From: Felis catus
Taxonomy: Eukaryota
DNA: 64,000 nt
Direction of reading: 5' to 3'
Assembly: GCF_018350175.1 (NCBI RefSeq)
Contig: NC_058368.1
Coordinates: 103,170,001-103,234,000 of the forward strand
Shown here one piece after another: positions 12,660 through 23,654 of this stretch. The position numbers and the translations under genes were made by a program. Within the stretch, counting starts at the first letter, position 1; each line of letters opens with the position of its first letter. The notes beneath the pieces are model-generated. The model saw only the letters and a list, made by a program, of their open reading frames with translations. It made no database searches and had not been told where the DNA came from.

Positions 12660-13125
12660 AGGATAGCAGAGTGGTTAAGTGACTGGGTTCAAATCCCAAA
12701 TGTGCCACTTATGAAATATATGACACTGATCAAAACATTTAACCTCTTAGGGCGCCTGGGTGGCGCGGTCGGTTAAGCGTCCGACTTCAGCCAGGTCACC
12801 ATCTCGCGGTCCGTGAGTTCGAGCCCCGCGTCAGGCTCTGGGCTGATGGCTCGGAGCCTGGAGCCTGTTTCCGATTCTGTGTCTCCCTCTCTCTCTGCCC
12901 CTCCCCCGTTCATGCTCTGTCTCTCTCTGTCCCCAAAATAAATAAAAAACGTTGAAAAAAAAAATTTAAAAAAATAAAAAATAAAAAAAAAACATTTAAC
13001 CTCTTGATGCCTCTTTTTCTAACTCATTGGACTGCTGAAGGCATTCAATATGCTAATCATACATAAAGCATTCAAACAAGGCTTGAAAACAGTAAGTACC
13101 CACTGATGTTGAATATTATCATTAG
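12660..13125 (+). mobile_element. MIR interrupted by a young SINE
   Basis: agcagagtggttaag..ctgggttcaaatccca..tgccactta...tttaacctct, resuming after the SINE. Confidence 0.75.
12749..12988 (+). mobile_element. Young SINEC_Fc
   Basis: Near-consensus, long A tail, perfect 17-bp TSD aaaacatttaacctctt (12732-12748 and 12989-13005). Confidence 0.98.
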
Positions 13126-13861
13126 GTGCTGATAATGAGTCTGGATTTCATTAAGTGCAGGAATAAGGCTCAGGGGTATTTTCAAATACTTTTAAAAGTC
13201 AGGAAGACTACAGTGTGAACAACAGGATTGTAAGGAAAAGAAGTAAAAACAAGGATTCTGATTGAAAAGCTACTTCAGACATTCAAATTCTTGACCAAAG
13301 TCGACAAAAGGAGACATGAAAAGATCTGCTGTGAAAAGATCTGTCTGTGAAAGGACAGAGGGCAAAGTGTCCCACATATGGTAAGAACTCCATAAATATC
13401 ATTTATCATGATTCTGATCATTTACTAGTCCACTGATAGCCCCTTCATGTACCTGCACCAGGTGATGATGGGTACCTGCTTAACCTATAAGTATAAGCAT
13501 TCATCTAAGTTATTACTTTCCAGTGATTTTCATGGTGTCAGATAGAGAAGAGCAAATGGGTTATAGGAGTATTCATTTCGGGTAGGTTTCTAAACTATGC
13601 GGGAGGCATCCAAAAAGGAATATTCTGTGTGTTATACCAGGTTGCGGCTGGCAATGTTAGTAGACCAAAACTAGCAGAGTGGAGGTGGGCGAGGGCTCGA
13701 GAGGTTCAGGGCTTGACTCATCAAATGTTAGGTCTAAAGTCATGAGACATGGTGATCCAGGTCAGGAATAAGGCAGTAACACCACGGTTAGGGGCAGAGA
13801 AGGCCCGGGAACCAGGGTGGGTAGCAAGATGAGTAGCAAGTCAAAGCACTCAAGCTGTAGA

Positions 13862-15110
13862 ATTCATTAATTAACTTATCCATTCACTTACCAATTTATG
13901 TATCAAATGATTACTATATGTCTATTTGTTCTTCTTGGGGCTGGGGCTTTAAAGAAGGGACAAAAATCTGTGGTTGCATGCAGCCTACATTCCAGAATGG
14001 GAAAGCAGATAAATATAAGGCAAATATGTCAAATAACTATTAAAAGATGATGAGGAAAACATAGAAAAATTAGATAGAAATGGAGTACTAGTAGCTTTTG
14101 ATAGCTTTCATATCACATGGTGAAATAGAAGCTACTAGAAGGTTCTGGGCAGAGGATTGACATGATTTATCTTTTAAAAGGACCCTCTGGCTCACAATAA
14201 AATGTATGGGGCAAAGAAGATCAGTTAGGGGCAAAACTCTGGAGGAGAGAGGATGGGGACTTGAACATGAATGGCTCAGTTCAGGGGCAGAGAACAAGCT
14301 GGAGTCTGGGTATGGTTTGCAGGTAGAATCAATTGGATTTACATCAGAGCTAAATGTGAGATGTGAGAGAAAGAGGTTAAGTGCCCAGCTCAGAGCAGCT
14401 TAGGAGAGTGGACTGTGCCGTCACTTGTGAACTCGCAACGGTCATATCAAAACCAGCCATGATGAGAACATTTACACCGTGAAAATCGGAAAACTCAACA
14501 AATATAGAGAGCTACACACGTACCCACATCTACGTTTATATACACACATTTATTTACACGAATACACACACATATATATGCACACACACACACACACATT
14601 CTTTTTTTTCCCCTTACGAGTTGATTGTGAAACATTTACCAGCACCTCACTGGGTGATTCAAAATGACTAATGCTTTTGGCCTGAGCAAGGGGAGAGTGG
14701 AGTTGCTATCAACCGGGATGGGGCATGCTTTGGGTGGACCCACATTCTTGAGGGGGACATCTGGAGTTAAATTTCAGATATTGTATGGGGATGGAGATTT
14801 GAATTTATGAATCCGCAGCATGTACATGGGACTTAAGGTCACGGGCCTGGATGAGATCATCCGAAGGAGGCAATCACCTGGAGAAGTTCAAGGGCTGGTC
14901 TCTGGAGTACTCAGACATTACCAGACGGCAGATGAGGAGGGGCTAGTAAAAGAGAATGAGAAGGAGGTAACTATGAGGGACACGTGATTTCCAAGGTGTC
15001 TGAATCTGATTATTCAGAAAAACACCATACGTTCCGCCATCATCTTTTACACTCTGCTGGGCGTGAGAAGGCAAGTGTACTTTGGGATTTGAGGGTGGTT
15101 TTGAAGGTAG
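13862..15110 (-). mobile_element. L2 LINE 3' portion
   Basis: Starts with a reverse L2 tail (attcattaa..cattcac); purine-rich L2 motifs such as catgatttatcttttaaaaggaccctctggct and gggcctggatgagatcatc. Confidence 0.75.
14420..14652 (-). mobile_element. MER63-like hAT element inserted in L2, with internal (CA)n
   Basis: gtgaaaatcggaaaactcaacaaat and the terminus aacatttaccagcacctcactg. Confidence 0.65.
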
Positions 15111-16332
15111 TGGTCTTGGTCCGCAGAGAGCACGGGAGACAATCACATCCTGACAGAGACACACACATCCACAGGTTGGCCCTAGTAGGAAACGGGGCGT
15201 TTCCGGAGAGCACTTAACTTGTTTAGGAGGGTCTGCATATTATCAGAAGCAATTTCAAGACACAGCAAACTCTTTTTGGTGAAATACTCTCTCTGAAGTG
15301 TCTAAATGGGCCTGCCAAAGAAAACTGCACTTTTCTAAGAAAATCATATCATTAAGCAGCTGAAGGAGGAGCCCATTTTTACTGCTGGCACCGGAGCTCC
15401 CTCCTTTCCTGACAGCTGCAAGCCAAAGCAAGTGTGCCCCTGCATGAACAGATTTCCTTTTGCCTTTCTGTTCTGTTGAGCTTGTTCATTTAATCTCACA
15501 AGGGATCTGACAGCTTTCTCCAGCTCCTAAAGCATTTCTTTAGCACTCATTGAAAAGCACACTAAGAGAGTAGAAAGACTCTTCTGGGGGCTCACACGCA
15601 GAGACCTGCTATGGGCTACGCGAGCAAAGTCTGCCCGCTTCCCAAGTATCTAATGCTCAGAATTAGGACTAGAAGTAACAATTCCAGCACTCTGTCTTTA
15701 TGACAGCTCAGCGAATGAATGCAAATGTTCAGTGTAACGCATTTACTGGACAGTGGATGATTCATATCATTGGGATGTGTTATAGAAAATGTCAAGTGCT
15801 TTTAATTTATGGACTGCATCTACAGTTCATGTGGCTATATTCGCTGCTTCTTGACATACAGAACAGGTGATAGGTATCTCCCCTAGTATATTCTTTGTGG
15901 ATGGGAAAGACAACTTGACAATCTACACAACTTTGCCATCAGATAAGCTCATTTTTGTGCTCACCAGATAATCAAAAGGTGCTCTTCACCCAAATGGACG
16001 TTTTCACGAGTGACAGTGCAAGGCAGAAGACTTGATAGAGAAGTTACTTCCACAGAGGACTCTGCAACTCAGGGAATTCATCACTGCTTCCTCACAAAGG
16101 CTGTCCACAGAGCTCACCTCCAGGGGCCTCCCCCTCTTCTGTCCTAATAGTCTCAGTCACGGACTGCTCAAGTCCGGCCCCTTCAGCTTCTCCTGCTGAC
16201 AGGGATGCCCCAAGGACTCGCTCCTCCCTACCGACTCACTTGGCCTTCTTCACGAAACCCAAAGCTGTCCCGATGACCATGGGGGAAACAAAAGGCTAAC
16301 TGAGATTCTGGGTTTTAGGACTAACAGAAGTC

Positions 16333-16535
16333 CATTGTCCCAGAGAATTTTCTGTGAGGAAGAAAATGCTCTACTTGCACTGCCTAATGAGATAGACACT
16401 AGGAACATGCAGCTGTTGGGCAAATGAAATGTGCATCGTCTATGTGAGGATCTGAAGTTTTTATTTTACTTTATTACAATTAATTTAAAATTTTAATGAC
16501 CACATGTGCCTAGTGGTTATCCTACTGGGCAACCA
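16333..16535 (+). mobile_element. MER3 (hAT-Charlie)
   Basis: Colinear with MER3: tgtcc..agaattttctgtga..gaaaatgctcta...taatttaaa...cacatgtgcctagtggtta. Confidence 0.8.
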
Positions 16536-16591
16536 AATAGATGCAAAGTCTCCTAAGCCTCTGTCCTGAGTCTGAAAAGTTGATTTCAATT

Positions 16592-16795
16592 TTCTTAAAA
16601 TTGTTTTAATGTTTATTTTTGAGAGAGAGAGAGCAAGCAGGGGAAGGCAGACAGAGAGGGAGATACAGAATACAAAGCAGGCTCCAGGCTCTGAGCTGTC
16701 AGCACAGAGCCCGACGCGGGGCTCAAACCCACGAACCGCGAGATCATGACCCGAGCTGAAGTCAGACGCTAACCGACTGAGCCACCTGGGCACCC
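16592..16795 (-). mobile_element. Can-SINE (cluster element A)
   Basis: Complete reverse Can-SINE flanked by tgatttca. Confidence 0.95.
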
Positions 16796-16803
16796 TGATT
16801 TCA

Positions 16804-17025
16804 TTTTTTAAAAAAAATTTTTAATGTTTATTTATTTTTGACACAGAGAGAGATAGAGCATGAGAGGGGGAGGGGCCGAGAGAGAGGGAGACACAGAATC
16901 CGAAGCAGGCTCCAGGATCTGAGCTGTCAGCACAGAGCCCGATACGGGGCTCGAACTCACAGATCGTGAAATCATGACCTGAGCCGAAGTCAGACACTCA
17001 ACTGACTGAGCCACCCAGGCACCCC
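16804..17025 (-). mobile_element. Can-SINE (cluster element B)
   Basis: Complete reverse Can-SINE. Confidence 0.96.
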
Positions 17026-17029
17026 TCAA

Positions 17030-17126
17030 TTTTTTTAAAAAATATATAACTTATTGTCAAATTGACTTATATACAACGCCCAGTGCTCATCCCAACAAGT
17101 GACCTCCTCCTCAATGCCCATCACCC
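17030..17126 (-). mobile_element. Felid/carnivore L1 3' end, heavily 5'-truncated
   Basis: ttattgtcaaattg...atacaacgcccagtgctcatcccaacaagtg..ctcctcaatgcccatcaccc matches the reverse cat L1 3' UTR. Confidence 0.85.
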
Positions 17127-17140
17127 TGACTTCAATTCTT

Positions 17141-17373
17141 TTTTTTTTAAAAAAAAATTTTAATGTTTATTTACTTTTGAGAGAGAGAGAGAGAGAGAGA
17201 GACAGAGCATGAGTGGGAGAGGGCAGAGAGAAAAGGAGACACAGAATCTGAAGCAGGCTCCAGGCTCTGAGCTGTCAGCACAGAGCCCGATGCAGGGCTC
17301 AAACCCATGGACTGCGAGATCATGACCTGAGCTGAAGTCAGACACTTAACCAACTGAGTCACCCAGGCGCCCC
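17141..17373 (-). mobile_element. Can-SINE (cluster element C)
   Basis: Complete; TSD accctga(c/t)ttcaattctt (17123-17140 and 17375-17392). Confidence 0.96.
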
Positions 17374-18247
17374 TACCCTGATTTCAATTCTTAATGGAAG
17401 ATCTCAGGATTGAGGTGTCCCCTAAAAATCTCCTTGGACAAGGCCAGGTTTGAAAGAGAAATCTGGGTCCCATCAGCTGGGCTCTAGGGATTTGGTGTCC
17501 ACTCCATCTCCAAGCTGCCACACCATTTACACATCATAGTTGTCTTAATATTAGGGGTTTAGGACTTGAGGTTACATGACTGCAGGAATCCTCATTCTTA
17601 CCTTATTTTGGGTCAGTTTACCTCTTGGGGCATAATTCTATAAAATGACGCCCTCTGGAATCACGCAACTTTGGTGTTACACAAAACATTTGGCAAAACT
17701 TTCCTGACTCAAGAGAAAGAACTCTCCCGCTTTTGGGGATTCTTCTGTTGTCTCATGTGGACATCAGTCAGGGAAGGGGAAATGGTGCTAGAGGCAGAGT
17801 GAGGGTGTGGGATCCAACCTAGACTAGGTCCCCACTTCATTGGGGATGTCACTTTCTAGCCACCTTCTATGTGCACATCCTGTCTCCCAAGAGAAGACCT
17901 ACAAGCCAGGTGGATCCTACTGTGTGACTCAGAGATAGCCTTGGCCCATGAGCTCCCAGAAAAGTATATCCCTTGTTCTCTAGTTCAGTCTTTTCCATGT
18001 ATGACCTAGCTAAGCTTCTCTGGACTTCAAGTGGAGAGAACTAAATAAAATGATGAAGTGTAATCATTAAGTACATTATTAGGAGCAGAAAAAATATCTT
18101 CTGGGGTCATAGACTGTCCTATTCTGTTGAGGAGCTGCAGTTGGCTTCACTAGGTCCATGACAGGAGAAGGATGCAGAGGGCAGGATGAAAAAACTGGAA
18201 GGGAGCCAGGGTGAACTACACAGCCCCTACTCTCTTCACCTGTTTTG

Positions 18248-18819
18248 GCCTAGAGACCGGCACTGGTTGATCAAGGGGCTTTTGTGTCTCGTTTTCCCTA
18301 CAGCTTTCATGGGAACCTTTACACCCTTTCACCTCCTTTGCCTCCCTCTGTAAAACTCTTTAAAATCTTTCTCTGCAGTTGTTCTACTTGGTCCTTCAAC
18401 TGTTTCAACGCTTTGACCAGATGACATAAAAATGTTCAGGATGAGGACTCGGTTGCTGACGTTGAATACTTAGGCTTCACTGGGCTGAGTAGAAGCTGAA
18501 TCATTGGTACAAGGTACAGGATTCATCTGTGGAGCATGAGTTGTAGGTGTCCCTGAAAGAGACGTGCTGCCCAGTCAATGAGATCGCAAAATCGTACCCC
18601 ACTCCGATGGCTAAGCTATTTGTATTAAGGATAACATCTACACATTATTATCAAGCATGGCTGAATAGAAGTCACAAAAGTATTCTTCTCCAGGAAGGGC
18701 AATGCCATGCCTGAGGACATCCATGCAGATATTTTCTTTGTGCTCGAGGAAAAGTCCATGAACACTTTTGCCAAGATTGCATCACGATGCTCTACAGTGC
18801 CCTGATCACACACAAGGAG
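18248..18819 (+). pseudogene. DNAJB5: DNAJB5 pseudo-exon covering the G/F-rich linker and CTD-I (penultimate coding exon)
   Basis: Homology starts at G|GC CTA GAG ACC GGC after a pyrimidine tract, with the acceptor AG decayed to TG at 18246-47. It ends at ...LYSALITHKE (18819). Stops include TAG 18544, TAA 18612 and TGA 18662, plus frameshifts. Confidence 0.88.
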
Positions 18820-19002
18820 ATAGGGTTTGCGTCAGGGTTTGTGTATGTCTACAGAGAAAAGAGGGATGATAATGGATGATGGGGCCATTTCTATTCCTTC
18901 CGACAACCCGGTCCATTCTTTTCTCTTCTCATTCTTTTGCTTCCTTTCCCACTTCCTCTACACCTAGCCTCTTCATTATTGTTTGCCCTATTTTTCCCCC
19001 AG
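18820..19002 (+). other. Retained 183-bp intron of the DNAJB5 pseudogene
   Basis: Non-coding interruption exactly between KE and (A)LC. The donor reads ATAGGG (GT>AT). There is a long pyrimidine tract and an intact acceptor tttttcccccAG at 19001-02. Confidence 0.87.
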
Positions 19003-19221
19003 GAACTGTGCATCTTCACCATAAACATGTCCACTTCTGATGGCTGACAGAATCTTGTGCTCTGTAATGATGTCATCGATGCAGGCCTAATGAAAAGACT
19101 CTGTGGAGAGGCTTCCCACTTCAAGGTACCCACCCAGTGGGAAGATATCATTGTCTCATTTAGCTATTTCCCAGAAAGATTGATATAAGGCATTTCTAAG
19201 CAGCACCTACCTTGTTCTTAG
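19003..19221 (+). pseudogene. DNAJB5: DNAJB5 last coding pseudo-exon (CTD-II to stop)
   Basis: ELCIFTINMSTSDG*QNLVLCNDVIDAGLMKRLCGEASHFKVPTQWEDIIVSFSYFPERLI*GISKQHLPCS* versus recalled DNAJB5 [62 protein letters not shown]...KQHLPCS*. Confidence 0.92.
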
Positions 19222-19800
19222 TCTCTGCCCTGGCTGGTTCAGTGTCCATCAAAGCAATGTGTTACTGCCTCTACCTCCAACATATATATACCCCAACCAA
19301 TGTCTACCCTATTCTATGGACTCTAGCCACTTACACTACTATAAGTATATAAAAAAAAAATACTGTTTTTAGGAGAATATATCTGTCCGTGATCCCCTTT
19401 AGAGCCGCGATGTCATGGGATGAGAACTGGCCTTGGCCAAGGATGAATTATCATGGCCCTGGCTTTCAATCTAGTTGACGTCCAGTAGTCAGAGAATAAC
19501 CTGCATACTGCTGGAAGAGGTGGTAAGCCAGTAAATAGCTTGTTCTCCTTCCCCTTCTATCATTGCTAAAACCTTTTTTCTTCGCCTTTTTTCTCTTAGA
19601 TTCTCCCCATGTGGAAAAGGAAAAGCAGAGAAGGCCTTCTTTTACCACCACCACCCTGGGTCCATAGTGTCCAACAGTCAGCCAAGGTACCGCATACATA
19701 ATCGCACACAGGTACCACTCACAGAGCTGTCTGTATCTTTTCTGGGGGTGAGATAGAAGGGGAAAGATAATCTGTGATGAGGGCCATTGAGCATGAGTCA

Positions 19801-20021
19801 TTTTTTTTTTAATTTTTAAAAAATTTACTTATTATTGAGAGACAGAGAGAAACAGAGCATGAGCAGGGCAGGGGCAGAGAGAGAGGGAGACCCAGAATCC
19901 AAAGGAGGCTCCAGGCTCTGAGCTGGCAGCACAGAGCCCGACATGGGACTCCAACTCACGAATGGTGAGATCATGACCTGAGCCAAAGTCAGATGCTTAA
20001 CTGACAGCCACCCAGGCGCCC
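19801..20021 (-). mobile_element. Can-SINE
   Basis: Complete; TSD tgagca(t/c)gagtca. Confidence 0.96.
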
Positions 20022-20982
20022 TGAGCACGAGTCACTTTCCTTTGGTGTTGGAAAGTTGTTAACAGCCCCACAGAAACACAGCTGAGAGCTCTTCACCTAT
20101 ACACACGTATCCCTGGACATTCTGAGCTTTCTACTGCTCTAGCGTATGTATGGGGGTGGAAGACAAGTGGTAAACTATTATGTGTTTTTATTAAATGTAG
20201 GCTAAGAGGTGGGGAGCAGGGCCCATCTCTTAGCTTAGTGCGGAAGTGGGGTTCTTGGGAAGAAGAAGCTATTCCCCACCATGAGATCCGGAGTCACGGG
20301 GTTCTCTCTATCTTTCTGAATGCACGCCCAAACTTCTAGTTTCCATTTTTGTGATAGGTAAAGCTACTTGGTTTCTTACCCTTGCTAGAGTCTACATGGG
20401 GAATGTGTGGCCCCGTTATGTTCATCTAACCCCAGCTACCTTCTATAGCTGAACAAGAAGGAGGAAAAAGACTGTTGAGCCAGGTCTTGGGATTAGGTCT
20501 TTTATGATTTTCTCATTTGATAAGCCCCTAAATTCTTTTTATATTGAGCTTCCAAAATAGATTTTTGGGGGAGGGGATGACAGCATTATGGGAAAAAAAT
20601 AAGTATTTAAGACATAGGATGTGATCGAGTGCAAACAATTCCATGAAGCACACGACTGGGAAGGAAAATTTACGAAACTGTATTGGAGAAGGTAAAGTTC
20701 CATATTAATGTGGAATTAAATGAATTGTGCATTGTCAGTGTCACTTTAATTTGTGCTGTTTGCATAAAATATTCAAATCAATACATCGTTACATCTGGGC
20801 ATACAAAAACCATTCACACTGAATCCACTGACACTGACTAGATCCGACTTAACTGGTGATGTATTTGTGTGTAAAAGCAGAAACAAGTCTGACACGCACA
20901 CTGCGATACAACAAGAGCATCTGAAACGAAGCAAATGATCAAGTGAAGCGTCTTCGCGATGTTCATCTCTACTTCATTTGCA

Positions 20983-21094
20983 AATTTATTAGACAAAACT
21001 TATTTCAATTCCTCAGCCATACTAGCCACATTTTAAGTGCTCAGTAGCCACATGTGGCTGGTGGTTAGCACATTGAACAGCATTAGATCTAGAA
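20983..21094 (-). mobile_element. MER3/MER33 fragment
   Basis: ttcctcagccatactagccacattttaagtgctcagtagccacatgtggctggtgg. Confidence 0.85.
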
Positions 21095-21509
21095 GAGAAC
21101 AGGATGTCTAGATTGCCTCACTGACGTGTCGGTGGTGGATATGGTGGTGAGATGGGACAGGAAAGACCTTGGAGTTATTCCCCATGTTTTCATTCATGAT
21201 TTCTGATAAAGAGAAGGAAAAAAAAAAACATCCTCTCTGGCATATACAGCAATGGATGGGCTAGTGTCTTATTCCTTGTGTTTCTTCCCTTCTAGGCACT
21301 TTCTCATGCCTGATGTGTTTCTGGACTATTCTCAAGGAGAGGAGTGCTATTATTATCATCATTTGATAGGACAACAAAACTAGCTTATCAACAGCGAATC
21401 GCTGCACAGCCTTAGGAGCTTACTTAAATTCTCTGAGTTTGTTTATATGTAAAAATACTACGTATTTGTCTCACCCACTTCCCAGGGCTGTGTCGTATGA
21501 GGGTAATGC

Positions 21510-21683
21510 TTTTGTTTGTTTGTTCGTTTATTTTGAGAGAGAGAACACAAGAGGGGTAGGGGCAGAGAGAGAGAGAGAAAATCCCAAGCAGCAGTGGGGT
21601 TCAAGCTCACAAACCGTGAGATCATGACCTGAGCTGAAATCAAGAATTGAATGTTAACTGACTAAGCCACCCAAGACGCCCCC
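21510..21683 (-). mobile_element. Can-SINE (older, internally deleted)
   Basis: gtgagatcatgacctgagctgaaatcaagaat...gccacccaagacgcccc. Confidence 0.9.
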
Positions 21684-22010
21684 AGTAATAGTGCTTTTAA
21701 ACATTCAAGTGTCTCTAATTATTTTGGTAATTATAACAGTATCATTGCACCAAGACAGTTTTTATTTCCTGGATATCTATCTTACCAGAAGAGATGAATT
21801 CCATTTATTTTTTTTTTTTTTTAAATGTCAACTCATTGCATATTTTAAATAAACAGAAAATAGGGAAAATTACTCTGAGACACTCGAGTTAATGCAAATT
21901 TTAATATCATGTCAAATTTGCTATAGGTATTTCTTCTTTCGTTTTAAGAAATAATATGCTGTTCAAAGAATAAAAGTCCCACCAGTACAGCATGACATTG
22001 AACAGGACAG

Positions 22011-22200
22011 CCTCTGGAGCCAGCTCTGCCACTTGTTAACTGTATGACTTTGAACAAGTTATTAAACTTCTCCGTTTCCTCACTTGAAAAGTGAGCATAA
22101 TAATAGAGTCTAACTCACATGGTTATTTTGAGAATAAAATGCATTTTAAGTATTTTTAAGGGCCCATGTTAAGTTCTGTATAGATATTAACAATCATTAG
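22011..22200 (+). mobile_element. MIR
   Basis: ctctggagccagctctgccacttg...tgactttgaacaagttattaaac...tttcctca. Confidence 0.8.
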
Positions 22201-22236
22201 TAGCACAAAGGTTTGTAATATGTGTGTGGTCTCGAT

Positions 22237-22452
22237 TTTTTTTTTTTTAACATTTACTTATTTTTGAGACAGAGAGAGACAGAGCATGAATGGGGGAAGG
22301 TCAGAGAGAGAGAGGGAGACACAGAATCAGAAACAGGCTCCAGGCTCTGAGCGGTCAGCACAGAGCCCGACGCGGGGCTCGAACTCACATACCATGAGAT
22401 CATGACCTGAGCTGAAGTCGGAGGCTTAACTGACTGAGCCACCCAGCCACCC
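22237..22452 (-). mobile_element. Can-SINE
   Basis: Complete; TSD tgtggtctc(g/a)attt. Confidence 0.96.
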
Positions 22453-22608
22453 ATATGTGGTCTCAATTTATATAAAAGGTAACCATGTATTTCCCCCAGT
22501 CAACATGTCTCTGTGATGCACCTATGTGAATACATTCAGACTGAATTAATTGATTTTCACTTATTTGTACCATTCCAACAAATGTTGATATTATAGATTA
22601 TTCACTTT

Positions 22609-22827
22609 CTTAAAAATTTTTTTTAATGTTTATTTATTTTTGAGACAGAGAGAGACAGAGCATGAATGGGGGAGGGGCAGAGAGAGATGGAGACACAGAA
22701 TCGGAAGCAGGCTCCAGGCTCTGAGCCATCAGCCCAGAGCCCGACGCGGGGCTCAAACTCACGGACCGCGAGATCGTGACCTGAGCTGAAGTCGGACGCT
22801 TAACCGACTGAGCCACCCAGGCGCCTC
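22609..22827 (-). mobile_element. Can-SINE (felid)
   Basis: Complete; perfect TSD tagattattcacttt. Confidence 0.97.
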
Positions 22828-23654
22828 TAGATTATTCACTTTCCACTGACAGTCATTTTTATGGTTTCTTTCTTTCTTTTTTTTTTTTTTTTGTTATTAC
22901 ATCCAGGTAATTCTTGTACATCTTTCCTGGCATACATGTCCAAATCCTATTTATTTTTGTATCACAGAAATTAGTGCCATTCCAGACACGGCAGGTCTTA
23001 ATGAGTCACTGTTAAAGTGAAATGGCTTTTCATGTGCTTAGATATTGGCTCCATAACTTGATGGCGAGCTTCTTGAGCCAAGAGTGATGTGTACACTGCA
23101 GATTGTCAGGAAGTTACCATGGCCATGGTGGAATGAGGTCATGCCTGTGGCTAGTACAGCACATCTCCATTAGAGGTATTGACGATATCTCCATATCTAA
23201 CACAGGAGGTTAACACAGTGAATGAGGGGCTTAGGCAGCTGCTCTGGGAGCACAGAGTAGACACGGAGAGGGAGTTTTTTTAAAAAAGAGCCTGATAGTG
23301 AAACTCATGCTCATATGCTATTTATCTTCGCCTTCTTTAATGTAGACTTTGACTCTCCAACTCAAAGAAAGGGAAATTACTCAAGTTTTCAGGACAGCTT
23401 GGAATTGGCAAGCCTCAGTGTTCAGAAGAAAGAGGGAAGCAGGAGAGGAGAAACTCTCTGCAGTTGCCCAGTGATATCTTGTCATGCCACATCCTCCCTG
23501 CCTTGCCTCATTCCACCTGCCTAAAATGCCCTTTCCCCTCCCTCTCTGGCAAAGCTCTGAACATCTACAATGTTATCTCATACAAGAAACCTCCAAGCCT
23601 GGGTTCAGTTCTTTTCACGTCACACTGTACTTTTCATATTGAGTTAAATAGGAG

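Larger units (their letters stand above)
18248..19221 (+). pseudogene. DNAJB5: Intron-containing, 5'-incomplete DNAJB5 (Hsp40 class B) pseudogene
   Basis: Manual + strand translation gives colinear matches to DNAJB5 as I recall it: GLETG (GLKTG), FPYSFHGN (FHYTFHGD), GFTGLSR (GFNGLSR), KVQDSSVEHEL*VSLKE (KVQDPPVVHELRVSLEE), EDIHADIFFVLEEK (DNIPADIVFVLKDK), LYSALI (identical), CNDVI, KRLCGE, KVPTQ and a terminal KQHLPCS* identical to DNAJB5. Multiple stops and frameshifts. Confidence 0.93.

Noticed and set aside
13610..13855. Purine-rich segment (similar style at about 54770-55200), possibly an ancient LTR
   Set aside because: I cannot assign a family by eye; needs a Dfam search.
15901..15915. 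atgggaaagac resembling the MGKD start of DNAJB proteins
   Set aside because: No continuation into YYKILG or HPD in any frame; likely chance.
18625..19151. Minus-strand ORFs of 62 and 86 aa
   Set aside because: Antisense shadows of the + strand DNAJB5 pseudogene.
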